A DNA stretch of 64,000 bases from Candidatus Hydrogenedens sp. (GTDB lineage Bacteria > Hydrogenedentota > Hydrogenedentia > Hydrogenedentales > Hydrogenedentaceae): assembly GCA_049968235.1 (NCBI GenBank), contig JBMFRC010000001.1, positions 32,001 through 96,000 of the forward strand, given 5' to 3'. The notes beneath the pieces are model-generated. The model ran no database searches. It saw only the letters and a list, made by a program, of their open reading frames with translations, and was not told where the DNA came from. The position numbers were made by a program, and so were the translations under genes. This document shows, one piece after another, positions 29,405 to 38,696 of the stretch. Each line of letters opens with the position of its first letter. Within the stretch, counting starts at the first letter, position 1.

Positions 29405-30589
29405 TTATACCAATTCAAATAATCCACTAATTCCCATTCCGCCACCAATACACATAGTGGCGATGCCTTTTTTTGACTTTCTCCGTTGCATTTCATAGAT
29501 TAGGGTTGTTGTAATTCGCGCACCGGAGCAACCAATAGGATGTCCTAAAGCAATAGCACCTCCATTAACATTTACAATATCCGATTGAATTCCTAACTGT
29601 TGTATGCAAGGTATGGATTGAGCGGAAAAGGCTTCGTTAATTTCCCAGAGGTCAATATCATTTATTGTCAATTTATTTTTATCCAATAATTTTCGTGTAG
29701 CGAATATAGGTCCTAACCCCATACAAGCAGGCTCACAACCCATTGATTGAATATCAATAATGTGTACAGGATTAAAAGCAGGTTTTATTTTAGATATGAT
29801 ATTTTCAGATACAAGAATAAGGGCAGATGCTCCATCGTTAATACCTGATGCATTTCCTGCAGTAACAGTCCCATTAGGCTTAAAAGCCGGTTTCAGTTTA
29901 CTTAACTTTTCTAATGTTGTATCTGGACGAGGATGTTCATCTTTATCCAGGATAATCGTTCCTTTTTTTGTTTCTATAGTAATAGGAACTATTTCTTGCT
30001 GGAATAAGCCTTTTTCAAAGGCATGAGCATATTTCATCTGACTTTCATAAGCGAATTGGTCCTGTGCTTCTCTGGACACTCCAAACTTTTCGGCTACATT
30101 TTCGGCGGTTATTCCCATATGGTATTGATTGAAGACATCCCAAAGTCCATCATAAATCATGCTATCAATCGCAGGGGTATCTCCCATTCGTGAACCGCGT
30201 CGTAAAGTTTTTAATAGATATGGTGCCTGAGACATATTCTCCATACCGCCTGCGATAATAATATCTGCCCGTCCGGTGCGAATTGTTTGCCATGCTAATT
30301 CAATGGCTTTCATCCCAGAGCCACAAACCATATTTACTGTATATGCAGGTGTAGATTGAGGTATTCCGCTATGTATGGAAACCTGACGGGCTGGATTCTG
30401 CCCTAATCCTGCGGTTAATACCTCACCAAAAATAATTTCATCAACCTGTTCAGGAGTAATTTCGGGATGTCGTTGCAATAATTCTTTCACGACATGAGTT
30501 CCCAGTTGTACTGCGGATAGTTCTGCAAAGATACCGTTTAAACTTCCAATAGGCGTTCTCAAAGCATCAATGATGAATACATTTTCCAT
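29405..30589 (-). CDS. Acetyl-CoA C-acetyltransferase (thiolase II)
   Basis: …NMVCGSGMKAIELA…GGMENMS…CIGGGMG… thiolase motifs. 394 aa. Confidence 0.9.
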   Translation of the reverse strand: MENVFIIDALRTPIGSLNGIFAELSAVQLGTHVVKELLQRHPEITPEQVDEIIFGEVLTAGLGQNPARQVSIHSGIPQSTPAYTVNMVCGSGMKAIELAWQTIRTGRADIIIAGGMENMSQAPYLLKTLRRGSRMGDTPAIDSMIYDGLWDVFNQYHMGITAENVAEKFGVSREAQDQFAYESQMKYAHAFEKGLFQQEIVPITIETKKGTIILDKDEHPRPDTTLEKLSKLKPAFKPNGTVTAGNASGINDGASALILVSENIISKIKPAFNPVHIIDIQSMGCEPACMGLGPIFATRKLLDKNKLTINDIDLWEINEAFSAQSIPCIQQLGIQSDIVNVNGGAIALGHPIGCSGARITTTLIYEMQRRKSKKGIATMCIGGGMGISGLFELV

Positions 30590-30738
30590 TTGCTATTCCT
30601 TTCAATAAATTTCAAATTATTATATTATGGAAATAATGTTAAATTATATCTGTTTTGACTTGACAAATGGAATATTTATTTTTTAATATAAGAATATACT
30701 TAATGGTAAGTATAAACTAAAAATTTAACTTTATAAAA

Positions 30739-31026
30739 ATGAAAGGGTTTATCATGTCAGAAGAATTGAAAGCAAAATTTGAACAGGCTTCTAAAGATGT
30801 AACTCAATTGTCAGAAGCACCCGATGCTCAAACCAAACTAAGATTGTATGCTCTTTATAAACAGGCTTCAGAAGGGGACTGCAAAGGTTCTCGTCCCGGT
30901 ATGATGGATTTTATTGGCAGGGCGAAATATGATGCATGGAAAGCGTTAGAAGGAACATCACAAGAACAAGCCATGCAAATGTATATTGACCTCGTTGAAG
31001 AATTAAAAGCAAAGGATAAAAAATAG
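30739..31026 (+). CDS. Acyl-CoA-binding protein (ACBP)
   Basis: …KLRLYALYKQASEGDC…PGMMDFIGRAKYDAWKAL… is the ACBP signature. Probable start at MSEELKAK (30754). Confidence 0.75.
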   Translation: MKGFIMSEELKAKFEQASKDVTQLSEAPDAQTKLRLYALYKQASEGDCKGSRPGMMDFIGRAKYDAWKALEGTSQEQAMQMYIDLVEELKAKDKK

Positions 31027-31057
31027 TTTTGTAGTCCGTTTTATTTGTAGTAAAAAG

Positions 31058-31089
31058 GAAACCGCTTCTAAACAATTAGAAGCGGTTTC
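31058..31089. terminator. Bidirectional intrinsic terminator between convergent ACBP and ppdK genes
   Basis: Perfect 14-bp inverted repeat GAAACCGCTTCTAA-acaa-TTAGAAGCGGTTTC, flanked by A-run and T-run on either side. Confidence 0.75.
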
Positions 31090-31116
31090 TTTATTTATGG
31101 CTCTAAATGAATAATC

Positions 31117-33906
31117 TTATTTTTTGCGAGAGGTTTTCTTCCCCTTGCTTTTTTTACTGGACTTTGCTGATTTTGCTGTTTTGTTACGAGGGCTTTCGAT
31201 TTCTGCCTGTGCTGAGGCAAACCGTGCAATAGGAACACGGTAAGGACTGCAACTTACATAATTTAAGCCGACACGATGACAGAATTTAACAGAAGAAGGT
31301 TCACCACCATGCTCACCGCATATACCACATTTCAGATCGGGTCGTGTGGCTCTTCCTTTTTCTACAGCCATTTGAATAAGTTGTCCAATTCCTTCCTGGT
31401 CTAAAATTTCAAATGGGTCTGCAGGAAGGATTTTATTTTCTAAGTAAACAGGCAAGAAACTACCGATATCATCACGGGAGAAGCCAAAGCCCATTTGCGT
31501 GAGGTCGTTGGTTCCGAAACTGAAGAATTCCGCAGTTTCTGCAATTTTATTTGCAGTTAAAGCGGCGCGTGGAACTTCAATCATGGTGCCGACCATATAA
31601 TTAATTTTTACGCCCATTTCTTTCATGACATCGCTGGCTATTTTATGAATGATAGCAACCTGATTATCTAATTCTTGTTTTGTGCCGACAAGCGGAACCA
31701 TAATTTCAGGAAGGACCTTTATCTTCTGCTTAATCAATGTTCCTGCGGCTTCCAGGATAGCACGGGCTTGCATTTCGGTGATTTCGGGATAGGTAATACC
31801 TAAACGGCAACCCCGATGTCCTAACATGGGATTCATTTCATGCAATTTCTCTACACGTGTTTTTATTTCTTCAATAGTTACATTGCAAACCTTCGCCAGA
31901 TTTTGAAGTTCTTCGGGGTCTTCTAAAAGGCTACCTACGAATTCATGTAATGGTGGGTCAAGTAAACGAACGGTTACCGGTCTACCATTCATGGCTTTGA
32001 AAATACCAATGAAATCTTCTTTCTGGAAAGGTAAAAGTTTCATAACAGCAGAACGACGTTCTTCTTGATTCTTAGCCAGAATCATTTCACGCATGTGTAT
32101 GATTCGTTCCGGCTGGAAGAACATGTGTTCCGTGCGAGCCAGACCGATACCTTCTGCCCCAAATTCTACTGCTTTCTCTGCATCGTCCGGGCGTTCTGCA
32201 TTTGTACGAACTTTCAATACACGAATTTCATCTGCCCATTTCATAATAGAAGCAAACCATTTATTCTTTTCGGGTTGAGCAGGGATAACCTTGAGTGCGC
32301 CCTTGTAAACTTTTCCGATGCTCCCGTTCATGGAAATCCAGTCTCCTTCTTTCAAGACTTCACCCGCGACATGGATTTCTTTCTTTTCAAGGTCGATATG
32401 TAAACTACCACAACCTACGATACAGCATTTACCCCAGCCGCGAGCTACCAATGCGGCGTGAGATGTCATACCGCCTCTTGCGGTTAGAATGGCTTCTGCT
32501 GCGTGCATACCATGGACATCTTCGGGAGAGGTTTCTTCGCGGACAAGAATAACTTTTTCACCTTTCTTTGCCCATGCTTCTGCGTCATCTGCAGTTAACA
32601 CGATTTTCCCTACTGCACCACCGGGTCCTGCAGGTAATCCTTTCGCAATGATTTTCGCTTTTTGTTCTTCTGATGGGTCTAACATTGGATGCAAGAATTC
32701 ATCAAGTTGAGCAGGTTTTACACGCATAATGGCTGTTTTTTTATCAATCAATTTTTCATTTGCCATATCTACAGCAATTCGGACAGCTGCCATACCGGTA
32801 CGTTTTCCGGTGCGAGTTTGTAACATAAAGAGTTTGCCTTCTTCGATGGTAAATTCAATATCCTGCATATCTGTAAAATGTTTTTCTAATTTATTGCGAA
32901 TACCGACTAACTCTTTATAAGTTTTGGGCATTAATTTTTCTAATGAAGGGAGATGTTGGTTTTCTTGACTTTTTGTGGCTTCGTTTAATGGATAAGGTGT
33001 GCGAATACCCGCAACGACATCTTCGCCCTGTGCGTTGATAAGCCATTCACCATAGAACTTGTTCTCGCCTGTGGCGGGGTTTCGTGTGAAGGCAACACCT
33101 GTTGCAGAGGTCTCACCTAAATTACCAAAGACCATAGATTGTACATTTACCGCTGTTCCCCAATCATCGGGAATTTTCTCGATACGACGGTAAGCAATAG
33201 CCCGTTTTCCGTTCCATGATTGGAATACTGCTTTAATGGCTCCCCATAATTGTTCATTGGGGTCATCAGGAAATTCTTTCTTTAATGTATTTACAATAAT
33301 CTGTTTGAATTTTTCACTTAATACTTTTAGGTCGTCAGCGGTAAGTTCAGTGTCCAGTTTTACACCTTTTTGCTTTTTCAATTCATCCATTGCAGATTCC
33401 ATTTGTTTTCGGACTGCCATCTCTTCTTTTTCAGGTTCGATACCCGCTGCCTTTTCCATAACGACATCCGCATACATCATAATAAGACGGCGATAAGAAT
33501 CATATACGAAACGTTCATTCTTTGTTTTCTCAATGAGTCCGGGAATTGTTTTAGAGCAAAGACCAACATTGAGTACGGTCTCCATCATTCCGGGCATGGA
33601 AATACGGGCTCCAGAGCGAACAGATACTAACAGAGGATTTTTGGGGTCACCGAATTTTTTGCCCATTGTTTTTTCTACTTTTTGTAATGCCTTTTTAACT
33701 TCTTCAACGAGGGAAGATGGAAGTTTCCCTTTGTTGGCGTAATATTCTGTGCACATTTCTGTTGAAATTGTAAACCCTGCGGGGACGGGAATACCTAAAT
33801 TTGCCATTTCAGCAAGGTTGGCTCCTTTTCCTCCGAGAATCTCTTTCATATCGGCTCGGCCTTCTGCCTTACCTCCACCAAAGAAATAAACGAATTTTTT
33901 ACTCAT
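31117..33906 (-). CDS. ppdK: Pyruvate, phosphate dikinase, with a 23-aa Lys-rich C-terminal tail
   Basis: N-terminus MSKKFVYFFGGGKAEGRADMKEILGGKGANLAEM… Phospho-His region GGMTSHAALVARGWGKCCIVGC. PEP-utilising C-domain. Tail …RNKTAKSAKSSKKSKGKKTSRKK. Confidence 0.9.
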   Translation of the reverse strand: MSKKFVYFFGGGKAEGRADMKEILGGKGANLAEMANLGIPVPAGFTISTEMCTEYYANKGKLPSSLVEEVKKALQKVEKTMGKKFGDPKNPLLVSVRSGARISMPGMMETVLNVGLCSKTIPGLIEKTKNERFVYDSYRRLIMMYADVVMEKAAGIEPEKEEMAVRKQMESAMDELKKQKGVKLDTELTADDLKVLSEKFKQIIVNTLKKEFPDDPNEQLWGAIKAVFQSWNGKRAIAYRRIEKIPDDWGTAVNVQSMVFGNLGETSATGVAFTRNPATGENKFYGEWLINAQGEDVVAGIRTPYPLNEATKSQENQHLPSLEKLMPKTYKELVGIRNKLEKHFTDMQDIEFTIEEGKLFMLQTRTGKRTGMAAVRIAVDMANEKLIDKKTAIMRVKPAQLDEFLHPMLDPSEEQKAKIIAKGLPAGPGGAVGKIVLTADDAEAWAKKGEKVILVREETSPEDVHGMHAAEAILTARGGMTSHAALVARGWGKCCIVGCGSLHIDLEKKEIHVAGEVLKEGDWISMNGSIGKVYKGALKVIPAQPEKNKWFASIMKWADEIRVLKVRTNAERPDDAEKAVEFGAEGIGLARTEHMFFQPERIIHMREMILAKNQEERRSAVMKLLPFQKEDFIGIFKAMNGRPVTVRLLDPPLHEFVGSLLEDPEELQNLAKVCNVTIEEIKTRVEKLHEMNPMLGHRGCRLGITYPEITEMQARAILEAAGTLIKQKIKVLPEIMVPLVGTKQELDNQVAIIHKIASDVMKEMGVKINYMVGTMIEVPRAALTANKIAETAEFFSFGTNDLTQMGFGFSRDDIGSFLPVYLENKILPADPFEILDQEGIGQLIQMAVEKGRATRPDLKCGICGEHGGEPSSVKFCHRVGLNYVSCSPYRVPIARFASAQAEIESPRNKTAKSAKSSKKSKGKKTSRKK

Positions 33907-34153
33907 AAAAATTTTCTCCTTTATTATAGGTTTAATTGTTTATATGTTTTTTTACCATAAAATCTGTATCTAAAAAATAAAAAAACCCTTCTTTATAGGG
34001 AATTGTAGAGAAATGCTACTCGTATTATTTATGTAATCAAAACAAGGATATGATATTATAATACTTTCAGAGTGATATTATCAAAAATTATTTGCTTGTA
34101 GAATTTTTTGAAATTATTTTATTTTTATAGAAGTATGAAGGTAATAGTAAAGA

Positions 34154-35689
34154 ATGTCCGTAAATAATAACAATACAGAGAATATGGGGCGTACCTTTTC
34201 TGAAAGTAAGGAAGCCTGGTATAAAAGTCCTGCATTACGATTTGTTCTGTTTTTTATAATCGTTGTTGTTAGTTTTTTAACGGCGTATCGTTATTTAATT
34301 CGGACTACATGGAACGACTTCTATCTTTTCACTTTAGCGAGGAATACATGCTGGGTTTTGAATAAGATAGGAGATAATGCGACATTAGAAGGTCTTCCAC
34401 AGAATACACCTCCAGAGGAATGCAGGGCATGGTTATCAGCCTGGGCAAGAGGTGCGAATCAACCGGCACCTGAGGATTATATTAATGTTAGCAAGGGACC
34501 TTTAACTGCATGGGAACAGTGGTCATATCGTGCTCAGAAGACGAGGAAACAAGGTGGACAAACCAAGTTAGGTCCACGAGTTGTATTTGTTTTAAAGGAA
34601 GGTTTGTTACCTAAGATAACCAATCTGGAAGAAAAAATAAGAGAACTAAATCGTAACACAAGTTTATCGGAACCCGAAAAAGCAAGTATATTGGCAAAAT
34701 ATAATACAGAGTTACAAGCATTAAGAGTGCAGTATGCAGAAGCCCAGAAAAATCCTAAAGAGAATCGGCAGATAAGTGGATATATTTTTCCATTCATTAT
34801 TATTTCGGAATGTGGTGCTATAGAAATTATGGCTATATTTTTTGCCGCGGTAATTGCATATCCGACGCTTTTTCGTAAGAAGTTATTGGGGATAGTGGTT
34901 GGAATACCATTAATGTATTTTGTTAATATTTTTCGTTTGACTTTTCTGGCAATTGTAGGGGCATTAAATTCGGGAGGGAAATGGTTTGAATTTTTACATT
35001 ACTATGTCTGGCAGGCAGTATATATTGTTTTCGTGGTAGCAGTATGGCTTGCATGGATTGAATTCGTTGTATATGCAGAAACCAGGGAAGGAATGTCTTT
35101 GCGAGACCGTATATTTCAGATATTCCAGAGGAAAACTTTGCTTCCTCTATTTCAGACTTTGCTTTTCTGCATAAAATTTATTCTTGTAGTGGTTCCGCTG
35201 GTATGTATCTGGTGGGCTTTAATTCCTGTGTATGGGTGGATACTTGTGCAGGTATCCGGCTCTATTTTGAGATTTATAATGGGTGTGCCTATTATGGCAG
35301 GTGGAATCCGACCTTCAGGTTTCTTAAATACTGCTTCTACCATTTATTTTGTTATACAGGGGTATGAATTTGAGAAGACATCGCCCATTGCTTTGTTAAT
35401 CACAAATCTACCTCCTTTTATTTCCCTGATGTTGATTACACGGATACCATGGTTAAGTCGTTTGAAGAAAATGTTATGGGGTGCTGGTATAATCATATTG
35501 GGGCATATCCTGTTTATCGTCATAGTACTTCGTTATCAGGAGGTATTAAAGGCATACAGCGAATTACCTATGGCAGTAATTCAGTTTTACCTTACGATGC
35601 CATTTATGTTATGGATAGCCATGGTATTCCGTGAGCGATTTCTAAATCGTTCTGCTAACGGTCTCTTTTCCAATAAGAAACAGGGATAA
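34154..35689 (+). CDS. Exosortase/archaeosortase-family-like polytopic membrane protein (long form)
   Basis: Central …IIISECGAIEIMAIFF… has a Cys in the exosortase active-site position. Downstream …FVNIFRLTFLAIVG… provides the Arg motif. Many TM helices. The N-terminal ~200 aa hold one TM plus a coiled-coil. The family assignment is tentative. Confidence 0.45.
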   Translation: MSVNNNNTENMGRTFSESKEAWYKSPALRFVLFFIIVVVSFLTAYRYLIRTTWNDFYLFTLARNTCWVLNKIGDNATLEGLPQNTPPEECRAWLSAWARGANQPAPEDYINVSKGPLTAWEQWSYRAQKTRKQGGQTKLGPRVVFVLKEGLLPKITNLEEKIRELNRNTSLSEPEKASILAKYNTELQALRVQYAEAQKNPKENRQISGYIFPFIIISECGAIEIMAIFFAAVIAYPTLFRKKLLGIVVGIPLMYFVNIFRLTFLAIVGALNSGGKWFEFLHYYVWQAVYIVFVVAVWLAWIEFVVYAETREGMSLRDRIFQIFQRKTLLPLFQTLLFCIKFILVVVPLVCIWWALIPVYGWILVQVSGSILRFIMGVPIMAGGIRPSGFLNTASTIYFVIQGYEFEKTSPIALLITNLPPFISLMLITRIPWLSRLKKMLWGAGIIILGHILFIVIVLRYQEVLKAYSELPMAVIQFYLTMPFMLWIAMVFRERFLNRSANGLFSNKKQG

Positions 35690-35797
35690 AATCCCTTACA
35701 TTCGCCTGCTCCAATTAAAGAAATTTGTCTTTTTTGCCGACATAAATAATGTAACTTTATGTTGGAAAAGGAACCCGACGAAAGAAGGAGACTGACA

Positions 35798-36001
35798 ATG
35801 AATACAACATCAATCGCACCGGTCAGCATCGTCGGGGCCGGACTAAGCCAGTTTCGACTGCAGTCTCAATCTGCGGATGGAGTAGGATTGAAGGAGCAAC
35901 CTATGCCTTCTACAGACTTGGGGACAGCGACTCTGGAACTTATACTTCGGACTCTGTCGCTTAATGAGTCGGAGGGGCACGACCTCGATGTGCTGGCTTA
36001 G
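35798..36001 (+). CDS. 68-aa ORF inside a GC-rich island (may instead be part of a structured RNA)
   Basis: AAGGAG 7 nt upstream of the ATG. MNTTSIAPVSIVGAGLSQFRLQSQSADGVGLKEQPMPSTDLGTATLELILRTLSLNESEGHDLDVLA. Local GC is ~50% against a ~36% background. Followed by a terminator. Confidence 0.35.
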   Translation: MNTTSIAPVSIVGAGLSQFRLQSQSADGVGLKEQPMPSTDLGTATLELILRTLSLNESEGHDLDVLA

Positions 36002-36023
36002 CACTCAATCTGTCCTTTTCCGA

Positions 36024-36060
36024 GGGAGGCAGAACAAGGATGTGGATGCCTCCCTTTTTT
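36024..36060 (+). terminator. Rho-independent terminator
   Basis: GGGAGGC-17 nt loop-GCCTCCC followed by T6. Confidence 0.7.
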
Positions 36061-36311
36061 ATTTATAAGATGGATTTATTCTCATTACTTTACAATCTAA
36101 ATATTCATTCACAACTGCACCCGTCCCAAAAATTTCAGCATCTATCTGCGGGACTTTATTCACCCTTTTGGGATGACTAAATAGGGTATTTTTTACTCAC
36201 AATAATTTGTACCCTTTGTAGTTCAAAACTATTTTCGAAATTTTGCACATATTTAAAGTATAATTTAGTGCATATATTATCAATTTTCCCGTAATTTAAA
36301 AAGGATTTTTT

Positions 36312-37463
36312 ATGGCTATTGAACCGCATGGTGGAAAGTTAGTGAATCGTTTTGTCCCCGCTGATGAGAAGATAAAAAAGATAGAAGAGGCTAAAAAATT
36401 AAAGCAAATAATATTAGATGAATATTTATCTTTTGATTTAGATTGTATTGCTAAAGGGATATTTAGCCCTCTGGAAGGTTTCATGGGAGAAGAAGAAACC
36501 TTGTCAAGTCTGGAGACCATGCATATTCGTAAAACAATTCCATGGACGATTCCCATTCTTTTGGATGTCTCATTGGATAAAGCGGAGGGAATTGAGATAG
36601 GCGAAGTTGTAGGTTTATATAGTTCTGACAATGGATTGGTAGGGACCATAACCATTCAGGAGAAATTTCGATTAGATAAAAAATACCTTGCAGAAAAAGT
36701 ATATGGTACTACTGATGAACAGCATCCCGGTGTAAAAAGGACGTATAGTCGAGGGGATGTTTTTATATCAGGTCCTGTAGAGGTTTTTGACAGGAAGATT
36801 ATTGAATTTGAAGAATACAATTTACCTCCCCAGCAAACGCGCACTATTTTTGAAGAACGGGGATGGAAACGAATAGTCGCTTTCCAAACAAGAAATCCGA
36901 TACATAGGGCTCATGAATATCTTACAAAATGTGCTTTAGAGATATGTGATGGGCTTCTAATACATCCTTTAATGGGGACTACCAAAAGTGATGATATACC
37001 GGGGAGTGTTCGTATGGAATGTTATAAAGCACTGATTGAAAATTATTATCCTGATGACCATATCCTGTTGAGTATTATGCCTGTAAATATGAGATATGCA
37101 GGTCCTAAAGAAGCGATTATGCATGCTATTGTTCGTAAGAATTATGGTTGCACACATTTTATTGTGGGAAGAGACCATGCGGGTGTAGGAAATTACTACG
37201 GCACTTATGATGCACAAAAGATTTTTGATAATTTTAATCCTGAAGAATTAAAAATCACCCCTCTATTTTTTGACCATACCTTCTATTGTCAGGCATGCGG
37301 GAATATGGCATCTATAAAGACCTGTCCTCATGATAGTACGAAACATGTAATATTAAGTGGGACAAAGGTTCGGGAAATGCTGAAGAGAGGAGAAATTTTA
37401 CCGGAGGAATTTACAAGGAAAGAGGTTGCCTCTGTTTTAATAAAATGGGCACAAAATGGATAA
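36312..37463 (+). CDS. sat: Sulfate adenylyltransferase (ATP sulfurylase)
   Basis: …VAFQTRNPIHRAHEYL… (QTRN/HRAH motifs) and …GLLIHPLMGTTKSDDIP… 383 aa. Confidence 0.9.
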   Translation: MAIEPHGGKLVNRFVPADEKIKKIEEAKKLKQIILDEYLSFDLDCIAKGIFSPLEGFMGEEETLSSLETMHIRKTIPWTIPILLDVSLDKAEGIEIGEVVGLYSSDNGLVGTITIQEKFRLDKKYLAEKVYGTTDEQHPGVKRTYSRGDVFISGPVEVFDRKIIEFEEYNLPPQQTRTIFEERGWKRIVAFQTRNPIHRAHEYLTKCALEICDGLLIHPLMGTTKSDDIPGSVRMECYKALIENYYPDDHILLSIMPVNMRYAGPKEAIMHAIVRKNYGCTHFIVGRDHAGVGNYYGTYDAQKIFDNFNPEELKITPLFFDHTFYCQACGNMASIKTCPHDSTKHVILSGTKVREMLKRGEILPEEFTRKEVASVLIKWAQNG

Positions 37464-37494
37464 ATGCATCAGGATAAAATAAAAGAGGGACTTC

Positions 37495-38547
37495 ATGAAA
37501 GTAGGGATTAATTTATTTGCTTCTGAGGAATTTGAGTCGGATGACCTCTTTTGTCGGTTTTTATATAAATGTCTTTCGCATGCGACCCAATTGCAGGAGA
37601 CAACAGAGTTCTTCGTCTTTTTTAATAAAGAGATGGGATATGAACAATGGGCAGGATGTCCTGTTATAACAGAAACCCGTAAACAGGAAGGTTTCTTTTC
37701 TTCTTTTTCAATTCGGGGTTCTGTGTTAGACCCAATTTTACGGAAGTTTAAAATTGAGGTTGTAATTACACCTTTAGAAACAGCTCATCTTATCACATGT
37801 GTTCCCTGTATTCCATTGATAATTCATACAGAAAATTGGTATCGGGGTATTTTGAAAGAGGACTTTTTTCGCAAGCGTGATGTAAAAAGGATATTCCATG
37901 AAAGCCCTTTATGGCTAACGGCCTCTGAATATACGCGTCGTAGTTGTCTGGATGTATGGAAAATTCCATTAAATAAAATTGTGGCTTTACCTGCAGGTGT
38001 AGAGCCTGCACTTTCTCAAGTAGCCCCTCCATTAATAACCCCTCCGTATCTGGTTTCTGTTATAGATGATGCGACCATCCATTATTTACCGGAAACATTA
38101 GAAGTGTTGCAATATTTCTGTAAAGAAACGCCTCATACGATAGTTCTTCTCGGAAGAAAACATATAAAAGAACCTGTAAACTGGGGAGATAATATTTTTC
38201 GAATAGAAGAGTGTCCGGACCGTACATTATCGGGTTTATACCAGCATACGACTGCATTTATATATCCAGCCATTCATGATGGTAGTGCTTTACGACCCAT
38301 AGAAGCCATGCAAGCGGGAACATGCGTTGTAACACCTTCAACCGCTGTAATGGAAGAACGATGCGGGGAATTGCCGTTTTATTACTCTGCGGAAAATCCT
38401 TCCTCCTTGAATGCTGTTCTTCATCGTATTATAAATCTCCCTTCTGAGGAGCGAAAAGAGCGGATTCGATTGGGAAGACTGAGAGTAGTGGAATATACAT
38501 GGGAACAAACAACATGGAAACTCATTACTGCTTTGAAGCGTATTTAA
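37495..38547 (+). CDS. Glycosyltransferase, GT1/GT4-like (C-terminal E-x7-E type fold)
   Basis: …IYPAIHDGSALRPIEAMQAGTCVVTPSTAVMEE… has a GT-B C-domain signature. Confidence 0.55.
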   Translation: MKVGINLFASEEFESDDLFCRFLYKCLSHATQLQETTEFFVFFNKEMGYEQWAGCPVITETRKQEGFFSSFSIRGSVLDPILRKFKIEVVITPLETAHLITCVPCIPLIIHTENWYRGILKEDFFRKRDVKRIFHESPLWLTASEYTRRSCLDVWKIPLNKIVALPAGVEPALSQVAPPLITPPYLVSVIDDATIHYLPETLEVLQYFCKETPHTIVLLGRKHIKEPVNWGDNIFRIEECPDRTLSGLYQHTTAFIYPAIHDGSALRPIEAMQAGTCVVTPSTAVMEERCGELPFYYSAENPSSLNAVLHRIINLPSEERKERIRLGRLRVVEYTWEQTTWKLITALKRI

Positions 38548-38696
38548 TATTTTTTTGCATGAAATTTACTAATGGTTTATGATAAAAAATATAGATTGGA
38601 TATGTTAGTTGTCTGACAAGTCGGATAGCTCGGATGAGTCAGACCTGTAGGATAAAGTGGATTTAATTAAGAGTTAAAATATAAAAGGATTGGATT

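Noticed and set aside
35820-36060. Possible tmRNA (ssrA): 5' GGGGCCGGACUAAGCCAGUUUCGAC resembles the tmRNA 5' end, and the ORF ends …DLDVLA like a tag peptide
   Set aside because: There is no tRNA-like 3' end (T-arm GGUUCGAnUCC plus acceptor complement) anywhere within 500 nt. The ORF starts with a normal SD-ATG rather than a resume codon. Kept only as 'GC-rich island, unknown'.
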